A DNA stretch of 64,000 nt from Raillietiella orientalis (Eukaryota), in assembly GCA_036172245.1 (NCBI GenBank), contig JAYWIR010000031.1, positions 434,001 through 498,000 on the forward strand. Direction: 5' to 3'. Below are positions 10,791 to 23,549 of the stretch, piece after piece. Position 1 is the stretch's first letter. Every line of letters begins with the position of its first letter. A model generated the notes under the pieces. The model saw only the letters and a program-made list of their open reading frames with translations. It was not told the origin of the DNA and searched no databases. The position numbers and the translations under genes are program-made.

Positions 10791-12909
10791 GTATTCTTTT
10801 TTAAGATCCGGCAACTCCATGGAAACCTTGAAAATTCGCTTTAATTTGCACGTTTTAAGTGAAATTAGGGAACCGATTAGAAAAAGACATAGGAAAAGAA
10901 AGGAAATCAGTAACCATAACTACAATGATATCGAGACTACCATGGGAGAAAGCATGCCCTCAAGTTTCAGTTTACACCATTGGAAAAGCAATGCAGACCA
11001 AGGAAATCAGACATGACCTCTCTACAGTTGGAGCCACGGTATTTCAATGTGACCACTTTGAAGGCAGAATTCCTATCTGCAGTTATAATTAAGCGCAGAA
11101 CTTAGCTGCAGCCTTCATCTGTCGAGCTCAACTTCCGAAATATGCTGCAGTGGTCACCTTTCAACTTATGCAGGTATCATCTGCTCATCGGAAAGGGCTC
11201 TCTGGTTCTAGAGCATAATGAAACACAGCAGAATAGATCTTAGTCGGTCTTCCTCTGGAGCTGAACGTCAGTGTAGATTTCTGCTGTTTACCGCCAGTTA
11301 TGTGCTTTTTCTTATTCATCGCTAAGATCGCTGTTTTTCGTTCCAGGCTAGTGCTACGTGCTGGAGTCAAACTCTTCGATGCCCACTTCCTTTTAAACAC
11401 ACCGGACAGTTTTCCTGGGATCCTTACAAGTCAAACTTTTAATAACTTTTGGAAAGTCTTCAGATTCAGACTTCACCCTATTGAAAGTGGTGTTTTCCTC
11501 TTGCTTTCCTGTGCCATGCCTTTTAATTTCACCTTGAATGTTACTGTCCATTCTTATTTTTATTTTTATACTGTGCATTCTCCTCTCAATTCATCTAGTT
11601 GCGCAGGATGCCTGTTTCTCCACGAGAAAGCAGCCCAGAAATGCCCATTCCAGATACCTGATTTATGATGAGATGAAAGGTAGGAAGAAAGCAGGACTCC
11701 TTTCCCGAAAGGGGATCCAGTCCAAGCTTATTGTTTGCTGCTTTGACAAACTCCCTCACGCTGCTAAGCTACTAAGCTGCTGTAGGCGGATGTGGACCGC
11801 GGAGCATGATGGCTGTGTGCGGCCGTGCAAAGCAGCATCACGAGAACGGTTGTGGTGCGATCGTAGCTGCTGCGTATCCATACGCTTGGACGGAATTACA
11901 CATTGTACACATTCCATGTCGCTTCGACTCCTGCCGAGCAAGTGCCCAAACACTCAAAAAAAGGAAAAGGAAAAACACACGAAAGCAAAGGGATTCTTCC
12001 CAATTCGCTTTGTTCTTTCACTTTTCCAGCGCTGAAACGTTTGCAGAAACGGCAACCTGAGAAACTCTGCAGCAGCATACGCCTTGGACTCCGACGTCAG
12101 ACGTACTCGCAAAGTGGAGAACCGAAAGTCCAACCGAATGCAATGTTTCGGCCACTCATCTTGGAAACGGTGGAGGAGAGAGTGGGCTGCCGGGGAGAAA
12201 CGGATGCTCGAAATTCTTAACGATAATGATGACAATAATAATAGTAAAAATAAAATTTGCCATTCCAATATACTGTGACTCGGCTTGGAGTTGGATCGCG
12301 ATGCCGATGGTCATCAGAAGGTGATCTGCGACCAACGTCATCCATGCTGGTTTGTCTCGCTTCAGAAAGACTTGCGCGGAAGAAAGCAGTTCCGTGATTT
12401 TCGTTAAGCACATGCACGCGAACGTGTTTCCTAGTGCGCCAACACGAACGACACATGCGAACAACAGATACGGGACTTCGGACGATGCGTTGAGAAAGGT
12501 TGCGTTTGGTGCGGGGACGAGTCAGATCGCATTGTCTGTACAGTGAACACCACCCCCAAGAGCCGTCCATAGAAGGAAGAGGCGGGAAAACACATGGGGG
12601 CGGAGTATTCGAATCGCAAACCGACCCTCACTCTCTGCACGAGCGGCATGGGATCTTTTCATCCATCCATCGATCAATTAAGTCGCATGATCCCTTTTTC
12701 CCTCGGGTAATTTTCAAGAAGCTCATGAAAGTCTGGAAGAAAAGGCGCCCCAAAACTGCGCACGGACGATTTTTTCGAATTCAGCGCGGGTGGGAGCATC
12801 GACGGAAAAGCGCGCTGAGTACTCAGGAATCATCGTTCCCCTAGAAGCTCAGGAAGCTCTTTAACGCTGATCCACAGGTGTGCATGTCGTGACTCTCTTC
12901 AAGTCAGGG

Positions 12910-14090
12910 GGTACCCCGGGAGGGGACCACCCTATGAATCCAGGAAGGCTCTAAAGGAAGGGGTCCATTCTTCTCTTGCGCTTGGTGGGGGATCCTGAAG
13001 GGAACCCTCCACCTTATTTGCCTCCGAAGGGAACGCCGGGGGGGACTGCTCCTCATTTTCTTCTCCGAAGGGAACTCGAAAGGGATCCGCTCCTGGTTTC
13101 CTCCTCTGAAGAGGGTCTCGAAGGGACACTTCCCGATTTCTCTCTGAAGGGCGCTCCCCGAAAAGAGTAGCGTGCGTCTTCACACTTTGAAGAAGCAACA
13201 ACCATCGAAGGGGTATCAACCAGCTCCACGGTACGCGATGGAGAATCTCTCCCGAGGGGAGCATTGCTCCACTTTCACAGCCGGAGGGAAGCTCCGAAGG
13301 CATCCTCGACTCCCGGAAGGACCCGGGAAGGTCGGATCCAAATCCCGGTCAGTCAATGGGGGCGTCCGGGGGTTTCCGGCTTCCACCAGTGCCGCACCCG
13401 CATTTGTTTTCTCTATATGTGGACTTTGCTTGGAACGTACTACTAGGTATTCCGAAGGAAGACCTGCAGTGGCCCCCGGAGCTTATGAACACCCGCACCC
13501 TCCCCTTAAAGTGTCAGGAGTCGGCGTTGATGCTGCTGCACTGGGGTCTCCCGTGCAACGCCCGCCGGCACACTGAACCCAAACTGTGAGAGGTGCGGGG
13601 AGCAAGAATCCCTCCCACACCTCCTAGAGGACTGTGTTGCCCTCCGGCTCCTTTGGGGACGCTTTGCTGCCACCCTTCGAACCCCCGGTGGCAACGCTAG
13701 AGACGTTGTAAAGCGCCTCTTCCTGCGTGACGCCCTCACGCCGGCAGCATCCCCAGCAGCACTTTGCTGCCCACGCGTCGAGACTGTGGTTGCATGGAGC
13801 AACTTCAGAGGAGGCTAGAACGACAGGAACGCCGTCTAATTTGCTGTCCTCTTCATGAGGACAGCGTCAAGATTGCCTCATCTGGGAGTATTGAAACGGG
13901 AACTTGCCGGCATCCTTACAAAAATGCAGAGGACATCCTCCAGAACACGGTGATTTCTTCCCGAATCCCCCATTCTTTGACTGCAGTTTTCGTTTCCTGT
14001 TTCTCCTTTGTCTCCCCTTCCCATCTGCTGCCGAAGTGAAACCCGCTAGCCTGCGTGCCAGTTCCCGGCAGGTTCCTTCTCGGCATCATC
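12910..14090 (+). mobile_element. Internally deleted, decayed copy of a second Tx1/L1-like family (family 2)
   Basis: Encodes PNCERCGEQESLPHLLEDCVALRLLW (C-terminal zinc motif of L1/Tx1 ORF2) near 13580-13660. Its 5' part is similar to 29410-29650, 32230-32480 (reverse) and 43005-43070. Its 3' part is highly similar to 43220-43680 and to the reverse of 30910-31560. Confidence 0.8.
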
Positions 14091-14095
14091 CAGTG

Positions 14096-14259
14096 TCGCA
14101 CCCGAAACCTTCAGGCCAGTCAGCGCCGCCCTGTGGAGGGAAATCGAAGCCCATGACTCAGCCCCCATTCTCAGAGTCGTTCTTTCCCCGGGTGGGACTC
14201 GAACTCGTGACGCTTGGTGCCGCGCGTGGGGACCGAGGCAGCTGGCCGCCACGCGGGCC
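14096..14259 (-). mobile_element. tRNA-derived (SINE-head-like) unit, copy 1
   Basis: The minus strand has a T-arm/B-box GAGTTCGAGTCCC and a second B-box-like TGGGCTTCGATTTCC. Homologous to 30651-30830 and 43760-43935. Confidence 0.65.
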
Positions 14260-15130
14260 ATGTGACGGCGGTCAAACGGAAAGGTTCGATGCCACACTCT
14301 CCATGGGGAAGCCGAGTGTCCACTGCCGGAGGGAACAAAAGCAACAACCAAACAACCGGAAATATATAAAAAGAAACGATAAAGAGTGGATGTGGAAGGA
14401 GTGGATAAGAGATGAAGGGAAAGAGTGGGAGGGGAAGGGGAGGTCCACTCGACGACCGTCAGCCTCGTCTGAGGACTCGTTCGGCTTGCGGCACTGTGAT
14501 TCAGGGAGTCTGCCTTTCCGCTCCTGTTCATGGGTTGTTTGGGGCGACGTGGGGTGGCGGGTAACGGCGTCGGATGAGCGGTGGCTGCCGCGTGGCGAAG
14601 AAGCCGGGCGAGGAGACTCGGGAGGAACTTCTGCAGCGGGTGATGCGGCGCTGGAGGCTTACGGCACGTCGCTCACGGGGGAGGGAAGTAGCAGTCCTGA
14701 GCTGTTCCCGAACGACGAAGGTCCGAGCAGTGGCTCCTCTCTCAGACGAAGGGAGCACTTGCTGAGTTCAGAGAGCCACAAGCAGTTCCAGGCTGGGATG
14801 ATCGTGACAAAGTGGAAGGCATGCCGATGATCCTCCAGATGGAGGCATTTCATAAAGCCTCTTGGTTTCCCCTGAAGATATCCGGCATCCAAGCTGTTCT
14901 CTTGGACATCTCAACATCTCTACAAGAAAGCCAAGGAAGCCTCTCCAGCAACACGGAGAGCATGCCTGCCTCCTTCTCCCTCCCCTACCCAAAGGACCGT
15001 CTTCCCCCCTCCCGCTCTCCAAGTCGAAGAGGAACACTTCCCGTTTCCCCGGAGACCGCATGCTGAGGAGTCTCCTCCTCCTCCAGGAAGGAGGTCCCCT
15101 CCTTTCTGCGTAGCCAAGGGCGCCGACCTT

Positions 15131-15334
15131 GTGATCGAGGAAGTCCGCCATAAGATCGAGGGGATCTGCCACAGCATCAGCCGCTGCCTGGGGAAGAAGG
15201 TCAAGTACGGGGGCTGCTCGGGCAACTACGTAGAAATATTTTACGACCACGGGAACGTCCTCATCAGGAACATCTCCAACAGCCTTCGCAGCCTGCAGCT
15301 CTACTGCTCCCAGCCCTCTTTCCATCACAGGTAG
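15131..15334 (+). other. Coding-like segment of unknown identity (possible exon or gene relic)
   Basis: Natural-looking peptide IEEVRHKIEGICHSISRCLGKKVKYGGCSGNYVEIFYDHGNVLIRNISNSL with strong third-position GC bias. It ends at CAG|GTAG, a possible splice donor. Confidence 0.35.
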
Positions 15335-16024
15335 GCGGATCCCAAGACCATGCAGGGGTGCTGCCAGATAAGTGGGATGCTCCTCAGGTTCTTCTTGCAG
15401 TTTTGGAACCAGGACGTCAGGAAACTCTTCAGCTTCTGAAACGCCTGGTCCTTGGCTACCATACCCACGCGGCACCACACCTATCAGCAGTTCAGTGAGT
15501 GTTCTGGGAGGGGTTCGAGCGACACGCAGGGACGGGAGAGGCGACCAGAGGTGCTTGCGGCGGCGTGGCCCGATTTCCCTTCCTTCGCTCGCTATCACCT
15601 CCCGGTGGGTCACCTCCGAAAGGGAGAAGGGAAGGGTCCCTAGAAGGGGCCAATTTTTCCCTTTAGGGTCTCTTCCACGAGGAGACCCGGAGGAAGAAGC
15701 AGACTGGTGAGGGTCTGAGCTGATTCTCGGGAGGGGATCGTGGCGCCTTGCTTTTCCCGCCCCCTCGACGTTGAGGGGCGCGCCGGCGAGTGCTCGGTTA
15801 AGGAGAAGAGGAACTAGGGCCTCCTCAAGGGGAGAGAGGCTTCCTTCCCCACGCGCGGCCAGGGGAAGGTTCGTTCCCTTCGTGCCCGCTGCTGCCACCC
15901 GCCGGCCGGTCCGGAGGTTCCACCCGGAAGTGAACTCACTTCCGGGTAGAACCTTTCACTTCCCCCTTTCTCAGAAGGATGGAGGGGGGGGTGGAGTCGG
16001 AACAGGGGAAGGGCTCAGTGGCCC

Positions 16025-16237
16025 ATGGTGGCCTTCTCCTCCTCCTTCGCTTCCGGAGCAGCAGCCGGCAAACGTTCTCTGCTTCCAGTGAAGACGTCCT
16101 CGGCCATGGTGACGTGGCTCAGCTCCAGCTCCGACGACCAGGGAAAAATCGCCGCCGCCCTGGAGACCCTGGCCGAGTACGGCAAGGCCATGAATGGAAC
16201 GGTGGCCTTCGAGGACATGGAGACCTCTACCGAGTGA
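16025..16237 (+). CDS. Small hypothetical protein or terminal exon
   Basis: Helical-looking peptide KIAAALETLAEYGKAMNG with GC3-rich codons. An acceptor-like TTCTCTGCTTCCAG lies near 16075-16088 and AATAAA about 35 nt after the stop. Confidence 0.35.
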   Translation: MVAFSSSFASGAAAGKRSLLPVKTSSAMVTWLSSSSDDQGKIAAALETLAEYGKAMNGTVAFEDMETSTE

Positions 16238-16330
16238 CCTCCCAAAACAGCTGCCGCTCCCGGGAAAAGGAAAATAAACCCTAAGGGTCAAGGCACCTCG
16301 TGGGGCGTTCTCTCGGGTCGAAAAGGGGCG

Positions 16331-16918
16331 GTGCGTCCGGGTCGAAGACCCGGGTCGGGAAGGCTCGCGCCTGCTCTGCCGAGGATCTCCCGGATCACTC
16401 TAGCTGCGCAAATGAGCCGGAGGTCGGTGAAGGACCTTCCCTTCCGTCCGTCCGTCCTCTTCGAAGGCCGCAGATGTCCTCGTTGCACGGCAGTCCCACT
16501 ACCTTCAAAGGGAAGAGGAGGGTGGGCGGGGCGGAACGAGTCCTCCTGGAAGCTCTTCCTGCCACCGTACAAGTCCCTTCCATTTCCCGCCGCTTTCTGC
16601 TTCCTGGGGGATGCCTTGCTGCTGCTGCTCTCTGCTCGCGGAGACCCGTCTCCTTCCCCGGTCCCCAGGAAGGCCGTAGGTGGCTCTCAGGCCGAAGGAA
16701 CAAGGAGGATCTCCCGTATACCCTCGGAGAAGATGCCGCTTCTTGTCGGATCACGGAGGTCGCTGCTCAGAGGTGGCGCGGAGGCGGGCGGGGTGGCGAA
16801 TCCCCCGCTCCGGACCAAATCTCCTTCCCCTACCGGGCGAGCGACCCCTAATCAAATTGCCGGTACCACGAGAACGATTTTCAGGATCAGTTTTCTTTTT
16901 CTCCAGGATATGACCTGA
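16331..16918 (+). CDS. Hypothetical ~195-aa ORF, apparent paralogue of 51368..52033(-)
   Basis: Shares SWKL(F)LPPY(K/R), a downstream PxPxPxPxK and an upstream LP...RCP with the 51368..52033 ORF. Nucleotide similarity is also visible around the WKL motif. The start is GTG only. Confidence 0.3.
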   Translation: MRPGRRPGSGRLAPALPRISRITLAAQMSRRSVKDLPFRPSVLFEGRRCPRCTAVPLPSKGRGGWAGRNESSWKLFLPPYKSLPFPAAFCFLGDALLLLLSARGDPSPSPVPRKAVGGSQAEGTRRISRIPSEKMPLLVGSRRSLLRGGAEAGGVANPPLRTKSPSPTGRATPNQIAGTTRTIFRISFLFLQDMT

Positions 16919-18025
16919 CTGCAGAGCTGCTTGGTTGATCAGCTGCATGTGCACAGCTGGGTTTTCCGAAGGTGGTTCCCAGACTCTCGCCTAGATGGCG
17001 CGCGCTGCGAGTCTCCTGGAAGGTGCCCGTCCGAAAGTTGGCACGCGAAGGGCGAGGAAAGTGCCCTGGAGACCTAGCGTATGTATGCAAACGGTACGTA
17101 CACAGAATTCCTATTCCTATTGTGCGCTCCATTGCACACGCGAACCATTCAGCTTCCTGTAAACAAGGCAAACACTGTGTGTACGAAAAATTTGACGTGT
17201 TCTCACGGCGAATGCACTCCGTACGTAAAAGTGGCCTAACGTGACGGACTGGATCACCATACATGCGTGTCTTCGGGAGATCTTGGAGACGTTTTCCTGG
17301 TACGGCTACAAAGAGGCGTCCTCCGTCCGTGCCTTGGGGATGTTAGTCTATCGCCTCCCGGCTTGAAGCAGGCGTTCCTCGAGAGCTCTCCACGGTAGGG
17401 AGGCGGCGGCGTGCTGCGCGTCGATGCGTCAGCCGTCGCAAAACCGACAGGCGCTTCGTGGTCCCGCAGGTAGCTTACGGGCACGCAGCGCCCATCTTCC
17501 TGGACCAGTGAGAACTTCCGAGCGAGCAATGCCGACATTGTGTCCTCGAAGGTTTCGTCCTGGACGGAACGCGCCCGTGCAGAGAGTGCAGGGCGGTCAC
17601 CCTGGCACGATGCCCTGCTGCTGGACCCTCTAGCTGGAGGGTGCGTGCGAGCAGCCATGGAGTGGGGATTGCCATGCCCCTGATGGCCACAGAACTCGCA
17701 TGTCAAACTGACGCAGCTTAGAACACGCACGAGGTCAGGAAGGCAACCCGTGCATGACGGGGTGACTTCGACGAGAGCGGATTGGATTCAGAGCGCGTTT
17801 TTGCAGGAATGCGGATCGCGTTGAACGCAAAGCAAAAGTCAGTGGGCTGTCAAGCTGACGCATGCGCAGTCAAGAGTGCCAGGTCCCCGTTAGAGACTTT
17901 CACACCGCTTTCCACTCGCATTTGTTTTTGTTTTTGTCTTCGCATATGCATGTGCCTGTCGTAATCTCCATTACTTTTCATGATTTGTTTTAATTACTGC
18001 GCCCCAAGAAAATTGACAAGGGCAT

Positions 18026-18061
18026 TATCTCTTCGTATATATATATATATACGAAGAGATA
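18026..18061. repeat. Perfect 36-bp palindrome centred on (TA)8
   Basis: TATCTCTTCG-(TA)8-CGAAGAGATA is its own reverse complement. Confidence 0.9.
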
Positions 18062-20478
18062 TTTTCGTATATATATGTATATGTAAAGCACTGGGAGTTT
18101 CAAAGGGAAGATGCTTGTTCTTGCATCAGAGCACAAAAATTTGATGGGATGTAAATTTGATGAGGCACTCTGCGTCTACAAACCACGCATGCAGATTTGA
18201 AGAACAGGAAAAGAGGCTGCGTGGCTCCAATGTTCCCAAAAGCAATGACGATATTTTCGTCTGCGTAAGGTTGCGCTCATGGATAGGATGTAGAATTTTT
18301 CTGTTTTCATTTTGCTCTCTGCAACTGTCCCGTGACTTTATTAACAGGAAGTTTTAGGTTGCACGCAGGTTATCCTTGAGCTTTCTGCTGCACTATTCAC
18401 TTAACGAGCACATAAAAACTTATCCTTCAAATCTTTCTCTATTAAGCTGGAACCAATTCCATATTTTCACGTGTAATTGTGTATTCAAATCGAGCGAATT
18501 CGAACGATGAGGCTGTTTCAATGGTCGGATTATTCGCGCTAATCACTCCCTGCCTAATTTCTTTATTAAGATGAATAACACAAATTATCGGACCAATTTC
18601 TAATGGGAATAAAAAATGCTTGTTCCGTGAAACGCATTCTTTTTGCAATCGTGTCCCATACAATGCTGAGAATGGGTATAGTACAAGATGAGCATTTCGT
18701 CGTACGACTCCTGTACAACAGTAATCACATATATAAGGTGCGCCTTTATGGTCGGTTTACGAATGCACGGAAATATTCATCAGTGAGTGTGCATATTCTC
18801 ATTTATTTCTATTAGCGTCATCAGTCCACAACATACTCTTCAGTCGTTTGAAGACTTTCGACTATAAAACTTAGTGTCAATACACATTCTGAACTGCTTC
18901 ATAATTGTAGTTCTCAGTTCTCCCTGCTCCTTTGCGTATTTAGGCTTTCATTCTTAAGAACCATTTATGTGCTTTTCACTGCTGCACCATTAATGCGAAA
19001 ACAAATGAAACGTCTGGTAATTCTGTTCAAGAACTTACTATTCTGATTCCTGCTTCCGAAGTTTCTATTTTTTTCCGAATGTTGCATTGAATTTGTTAGC
19101 TTAGCAGGGGACAGGGTAAGGATATGCTCTTTTGGTTAAACAGGACTTTGCACTGTTCTCGGATAAAACAAAAAACGAAATCAGCCTCCGAAGGAAAGAA
19201 TCGTCTGTGGTCGCCATTGTTCCTCACATGTAATTTATAACTCCTGTGTCTCTCTGAATTATGTTAGACAGTCAAGAATCTTGTTTGGTTGGCACATCCG
19301 CAAGCGATGACATTTTGATGATTTCGTTTTCGATTCAAACTCGGCCAGAGGTTCCTTAATGATCATATTGTTCCCAAACTCCCTATTTCATGTATATTTA
19401 TGATGGTTTTTTGTACTATCGTTGTTGCAAATACCATTCTAAATTTTTCTCTTCTTGCCACAGTATTTTTTGTTTATGAAACAAAGCTGTGGCTCAGTCT
19501 CGAGTTACCAAATGCTTTTTTCTTTGATGGTCCGTAGAGATGTTCTCTGTTAAAGAATGTTGAGGTTCAGCATCTTTCAAATGTGATCTTTCTAATCTTG
19601 CCTGGAACTGTCAAGCCTGAAGTTCCAAATGAAAATGCTCGGATGTTTTCACATTGCATTTCCTTAACATTTTGGGGTGGAGGCAAGATCGATAGACACC
19701 GATGGCTCCGAAGACTACGAATTTGATGAGAAAATTAGAGAATCTTCCCATGCACTCATATGCTAACATTACGAAGCAATGTTGGAAAATTAAAAAGCAA
19801 GGCGCAGTGTCCGATAACGTCATTACCAAACAAAAAAGCAGAAATTCAATCAAGGATGCACGAGAAGGAAAACCGCGAGGGCTTTCGTGTTATCCCAAAC
19901 GGAGATTCCTGTGACCTCTGTTTTCCACATTCAGTCACATCTGGCGAGAAATAGGCAAGAGCTTTCTGTAGGGACTTTTTGAAAAGCTGTATGTACAAGT
20001 CTTTTTTTTTTTTCCAAGCCGAATCAAAATCCACGTTCAACTAGCTTTCATTTTCGTTCCAAGTAAAGTGCAGCGGAGTTCAGCAAGGGCGGAACCCATT
20101 TGCTACTCTTCATAGATGACACTGGAGATTTTTGTTTCCTATGAGGTCAGTCATCCTATCTTTTTTACTTCACCTTTTTTGGGTTAGCATTACACTTAAA
20201 ACTATCCTGCAGTCTTTCGGAGGGAGGGGGAAAAAAAAAGGAAAAAGAAAAATTCGCTCTTCTTTCAAACGCAGAAAATACAAAAGGACCACACATTTCC
20301 TTTCTTCGGAAAGATTCGACACCTATTCGGTACTTGCTCGTGAGCTTACGCAAGCGCCATTTCGGCTTGATCGTCCACTTTGGTTGCTAAATTCCAGCAC
20401 AGTGCTGACACGAGGAGAAATCAAGAGACGCGCGTGTGCATATACACACACGCATCCTCTTCTATCCGCTTTCTTCTA

Positions 20479-21382
20479 CGAGGCCCATCTCAAAAGTAAG
20501 GGCCTATCGGACATAAAGACAGAACAACAAACAAGAGGAACAAAGGCGTATTGGTGGTTCGAAACACGTACACCCCCGTGTCATTTTTCCACGTAGTCAC
20601 CACCATTTTTGCCCAAAGGCTTTTGACACCGCAGAACGAGCTTTTTGAAACCCTCTGCATGAAATCCCGTCGCCTGGGAGTTCAGCAGCACTGCAGTTTT
20701 CCACTCCTCACTCTCCCCCTCGAATCGTCGAGCCACTTCTGAAGCTGCAGGAAGACGTGGTAGTCACCGGGGGCGAGGTCAGGACTGAGCGATCAAAAAG
20801 TTCCCATCTGAATTTCCGAGTTGTCTGGAATGGGTGAACGGCATGTGTTGCCAAGGCGCGCGTTGTCGTGGAGAAGAGCAATTGCTGATCTCAGCATTCC
20901 ACGTCGTCGGTTCTGAGTGGCACTCCGCGGCTTTGAAGGTGAAACACCTTCAAAGCTGCTTAGACTTGAGAAGTGGTGGTTGTCCCAGGCCAAAAGCACA
21001 CACCCTTTTGATCCCACGCACTGCTGTCCTCACATTCCAGACAATTCAGAAATTCAAATGGGAACTTTTTGATCATCCACCTTACAGTCCTGTCCAGTGA
21101 CCACCAAGTCTTCCTGCACCTCCAGAAGTGGCTCAACGATTCGAGGGGGAGAGTGAGGAGTGGAAAACTGCAGTGCTGCTGAACTCCCAGGCGACGGGAT
21201 TTCATGCAGAGGGTTTCAAAAAGCTCGTTCTGCGGTGTCAAAAGCCTTTGGGCAAAAATGGTGGTGACTACGTGGAAAAATGACACGGGGGTGTACGTGT
21301 TTCGAACCACCAATACACTTTTGTTCCTCTTGTTTATCCTTTCTTTATGTCCGATAGGCCCTTAATTTTGAGATGCTCCTCG
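20479..21382. mobile_element. Mariner-derived non-autonomous fold-back element (MITE) made of two inverted transposase 3' halves
   Basis: Starts TA|CGAGGCCCATCTCAAAAGTAAGGGCC and ends GGCCCTTAATTTTGAGATGCTCCTCG, with inverted arms of about 350 bp. The minus strand of the left part encodes LLHDNAR and SPDLAPGDYHVF. The plus strand of the right part encodes KFKWELFDHPPYSP and LNSQATGFHAEGFKKLVLRCQKPLGKNGGDYVEK*. Confidence 0.92.
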
Positions 21383-23549
21383 AAAATAGGTTTAAAGAAA
21401 CATTATTTAATGACTTCAATGTCGCTGTCGTGGAGATGGGATTCCCAGTTATTGCTCACCTCACGAGCTTCATATTCATTAGCAATTTAAATGAAAAATT
21501 CATGAAGTAAAGCATTAATTGGCGGAAATTGTTCATTGCACACACCCACACTCAATCCACATTCAAACCTTCCTATAAGTTGTTGGTGAGCATTCGTTTG
21601 AGCTCGACAGGGCACTTTTGCTAAATGTACTTGCAAGAAAGCAAAAGCACGCCTTTTTCCTCCTTCAAAAGTTATCACTTGAAAATGGGGGGGGGGGAAC
21701 AGATGAATAGAAAAACAAAAACATAACTGCATTTTTGAGTGCCACAGAATTTGGAATGTACGCTCACGAGAACGATTCTTCTTCAATACGTAATGCAAGA
21801 AGTTCCGTTTCTATATGATTTGCACTTGCTGCTGTATTTTATTTTAGTTTTTCAGTTATGGAAAAAAAAACATCAAATTCATTTGTTTTCTTTGCCATTT
21901 GCTTAGTTGGACTGAGAATAAATGATGACTCCCATGCCATCAGCTTCATTGAGTGCTGCGGAAGGACTGGTCGAGCAGCTTCATGATCTTATGATAGCTT
22001 TGTTCCAAAGCAGCTATCGTCTCGAATGTACGAAGTGTGCACGAAATCAGCGAAAGTGTCACACATTGCTCTGCGGATACGGTAAATCACACGAAAGCTA
22101 TGGAGCTTAGTTTTGGGACGCAGTTGCGTTGCTGCATTCCGTCCGAATAGGGGGAGGGGGGTGCACCCCTTGGTACGCAACAGGATCCTTCAGGATGAAT
22201 GCGAAGAGAGGAACTTCGAAAGAATCGCAGTTTCGAACGAGATCAGAAACATAGACAGATTCAGTGAGGATCGGAAACTTCAGGAGCAGAGTTTTGACTG
22301 CTTTCGAAATTCGACGAATGGGGTGGGGAGGGAAGGAGTCGATAAGTTTCTTGCGCCACATAAAAAAAAAAGACTGCCTCACAAGAGAGTCTGTGCACGT
22401 CAGCAGCAATGCATATAATTAAAAATAACCGAAGAAGTCCTGGAGCCAACCTTCCATACCCTCCTTTGTGCTGTGATGATTTCTTTGAGATGAACTCGTT
22501 CCTTGCAATGGTATAACCCAAAGCAGGAGTCCAGGATTTACTCTACCTGCAGGTTCTTCCCTGCCTGGACGACAACTGATAATAGCTTGATAATAGCGAT
22601 GCCGATATTGATGCTCTCATAGAGGTCTGAACTCTATGGTCAATGCAACCCCCCCACTGATTCCTTAGCTTATGTTCTTCAGTCAACACGTGGCCTCGGT
22701 CACTCGAACGAATGCTCTGCGCACTGCTGAACTCTAGAAATTGCTTTAGAACAGAATCGAGTCATGCGACGTTGATATTCCCTTACACCCTTGCAAGTTG
22801 TCATACCCGGAGGATAAAGCTCTGCATCCCTTCTCCGTTTCTTCTGAATCCTTGTGGTTTTAGGGCAGACGAGAATTCCCACCAATGTTCCACACTTCCT
22901 GCCAGTAATCCGGAAGTTCTTAAACAGCGAAAACCAGCGCGAGCTCCCGGTAATTTTTCACTCCAGCTCTGATTCGGTTGTGATCATGGAACCTGTAGCC
23001 TTGGATACGACGGTCATGTCTGGATTATTGGATGAGGAGCCTCGAACTTCTTTGCGCTTGAAAAATTTCTGTGAATTTGCTTGTTTGCTCCCGTTCACAA
23101 CGCAGAGTGGCATTCCTCCCTCGGATCCGTTTTGCAGCTTCTCGCCTCCGCGTGACACACTAATCATCTTTGCTTAGGTCTCACATTTGCAAAGTACGAA
23201 ATCTTGCCACGCACGAGAGTTTTAGATCAAAGAACGAGAGCGATTCATAATGCATCACTTCAAGAAGGGAAGGCTCAGTTTTACATCCTCAGCTTTTCAA
23301 ACTGAGGATTAGCAAATTGATTTATTCAGTGCAAACTAAACAGGCGCAATCTAGACGAAGACATACTGATGTCAGAGACGGGCAGAGAGAGAGAAAGAGG
23401 ACGAATGCATATGATGGAAAGAATACTATTTGGAAGTTGCAGTATTGGAAGAAAGTTTGTGACATACCAGTTTGAATACGCGGTTGCCTGAAGTTCCAAA
23501 AGGACTTCTTGTGCAAATCCTCTGTATTGATTCCTTTCTGTAAGGGGAT

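Noticed and set aside
14768..15898. 376-aa minus-strand ORF
   Set aside because: No ATG start, and probably an antisense shadow of GC-rich sequence; the plus strand looks more coding.
19250..19450. Gypsy integrase zinc-finger-like traces (IHE, LWPSL, MCQ) on the minus strand
   Set aside because: Needs several frameshifts within 150 bp; not supportable by eye.
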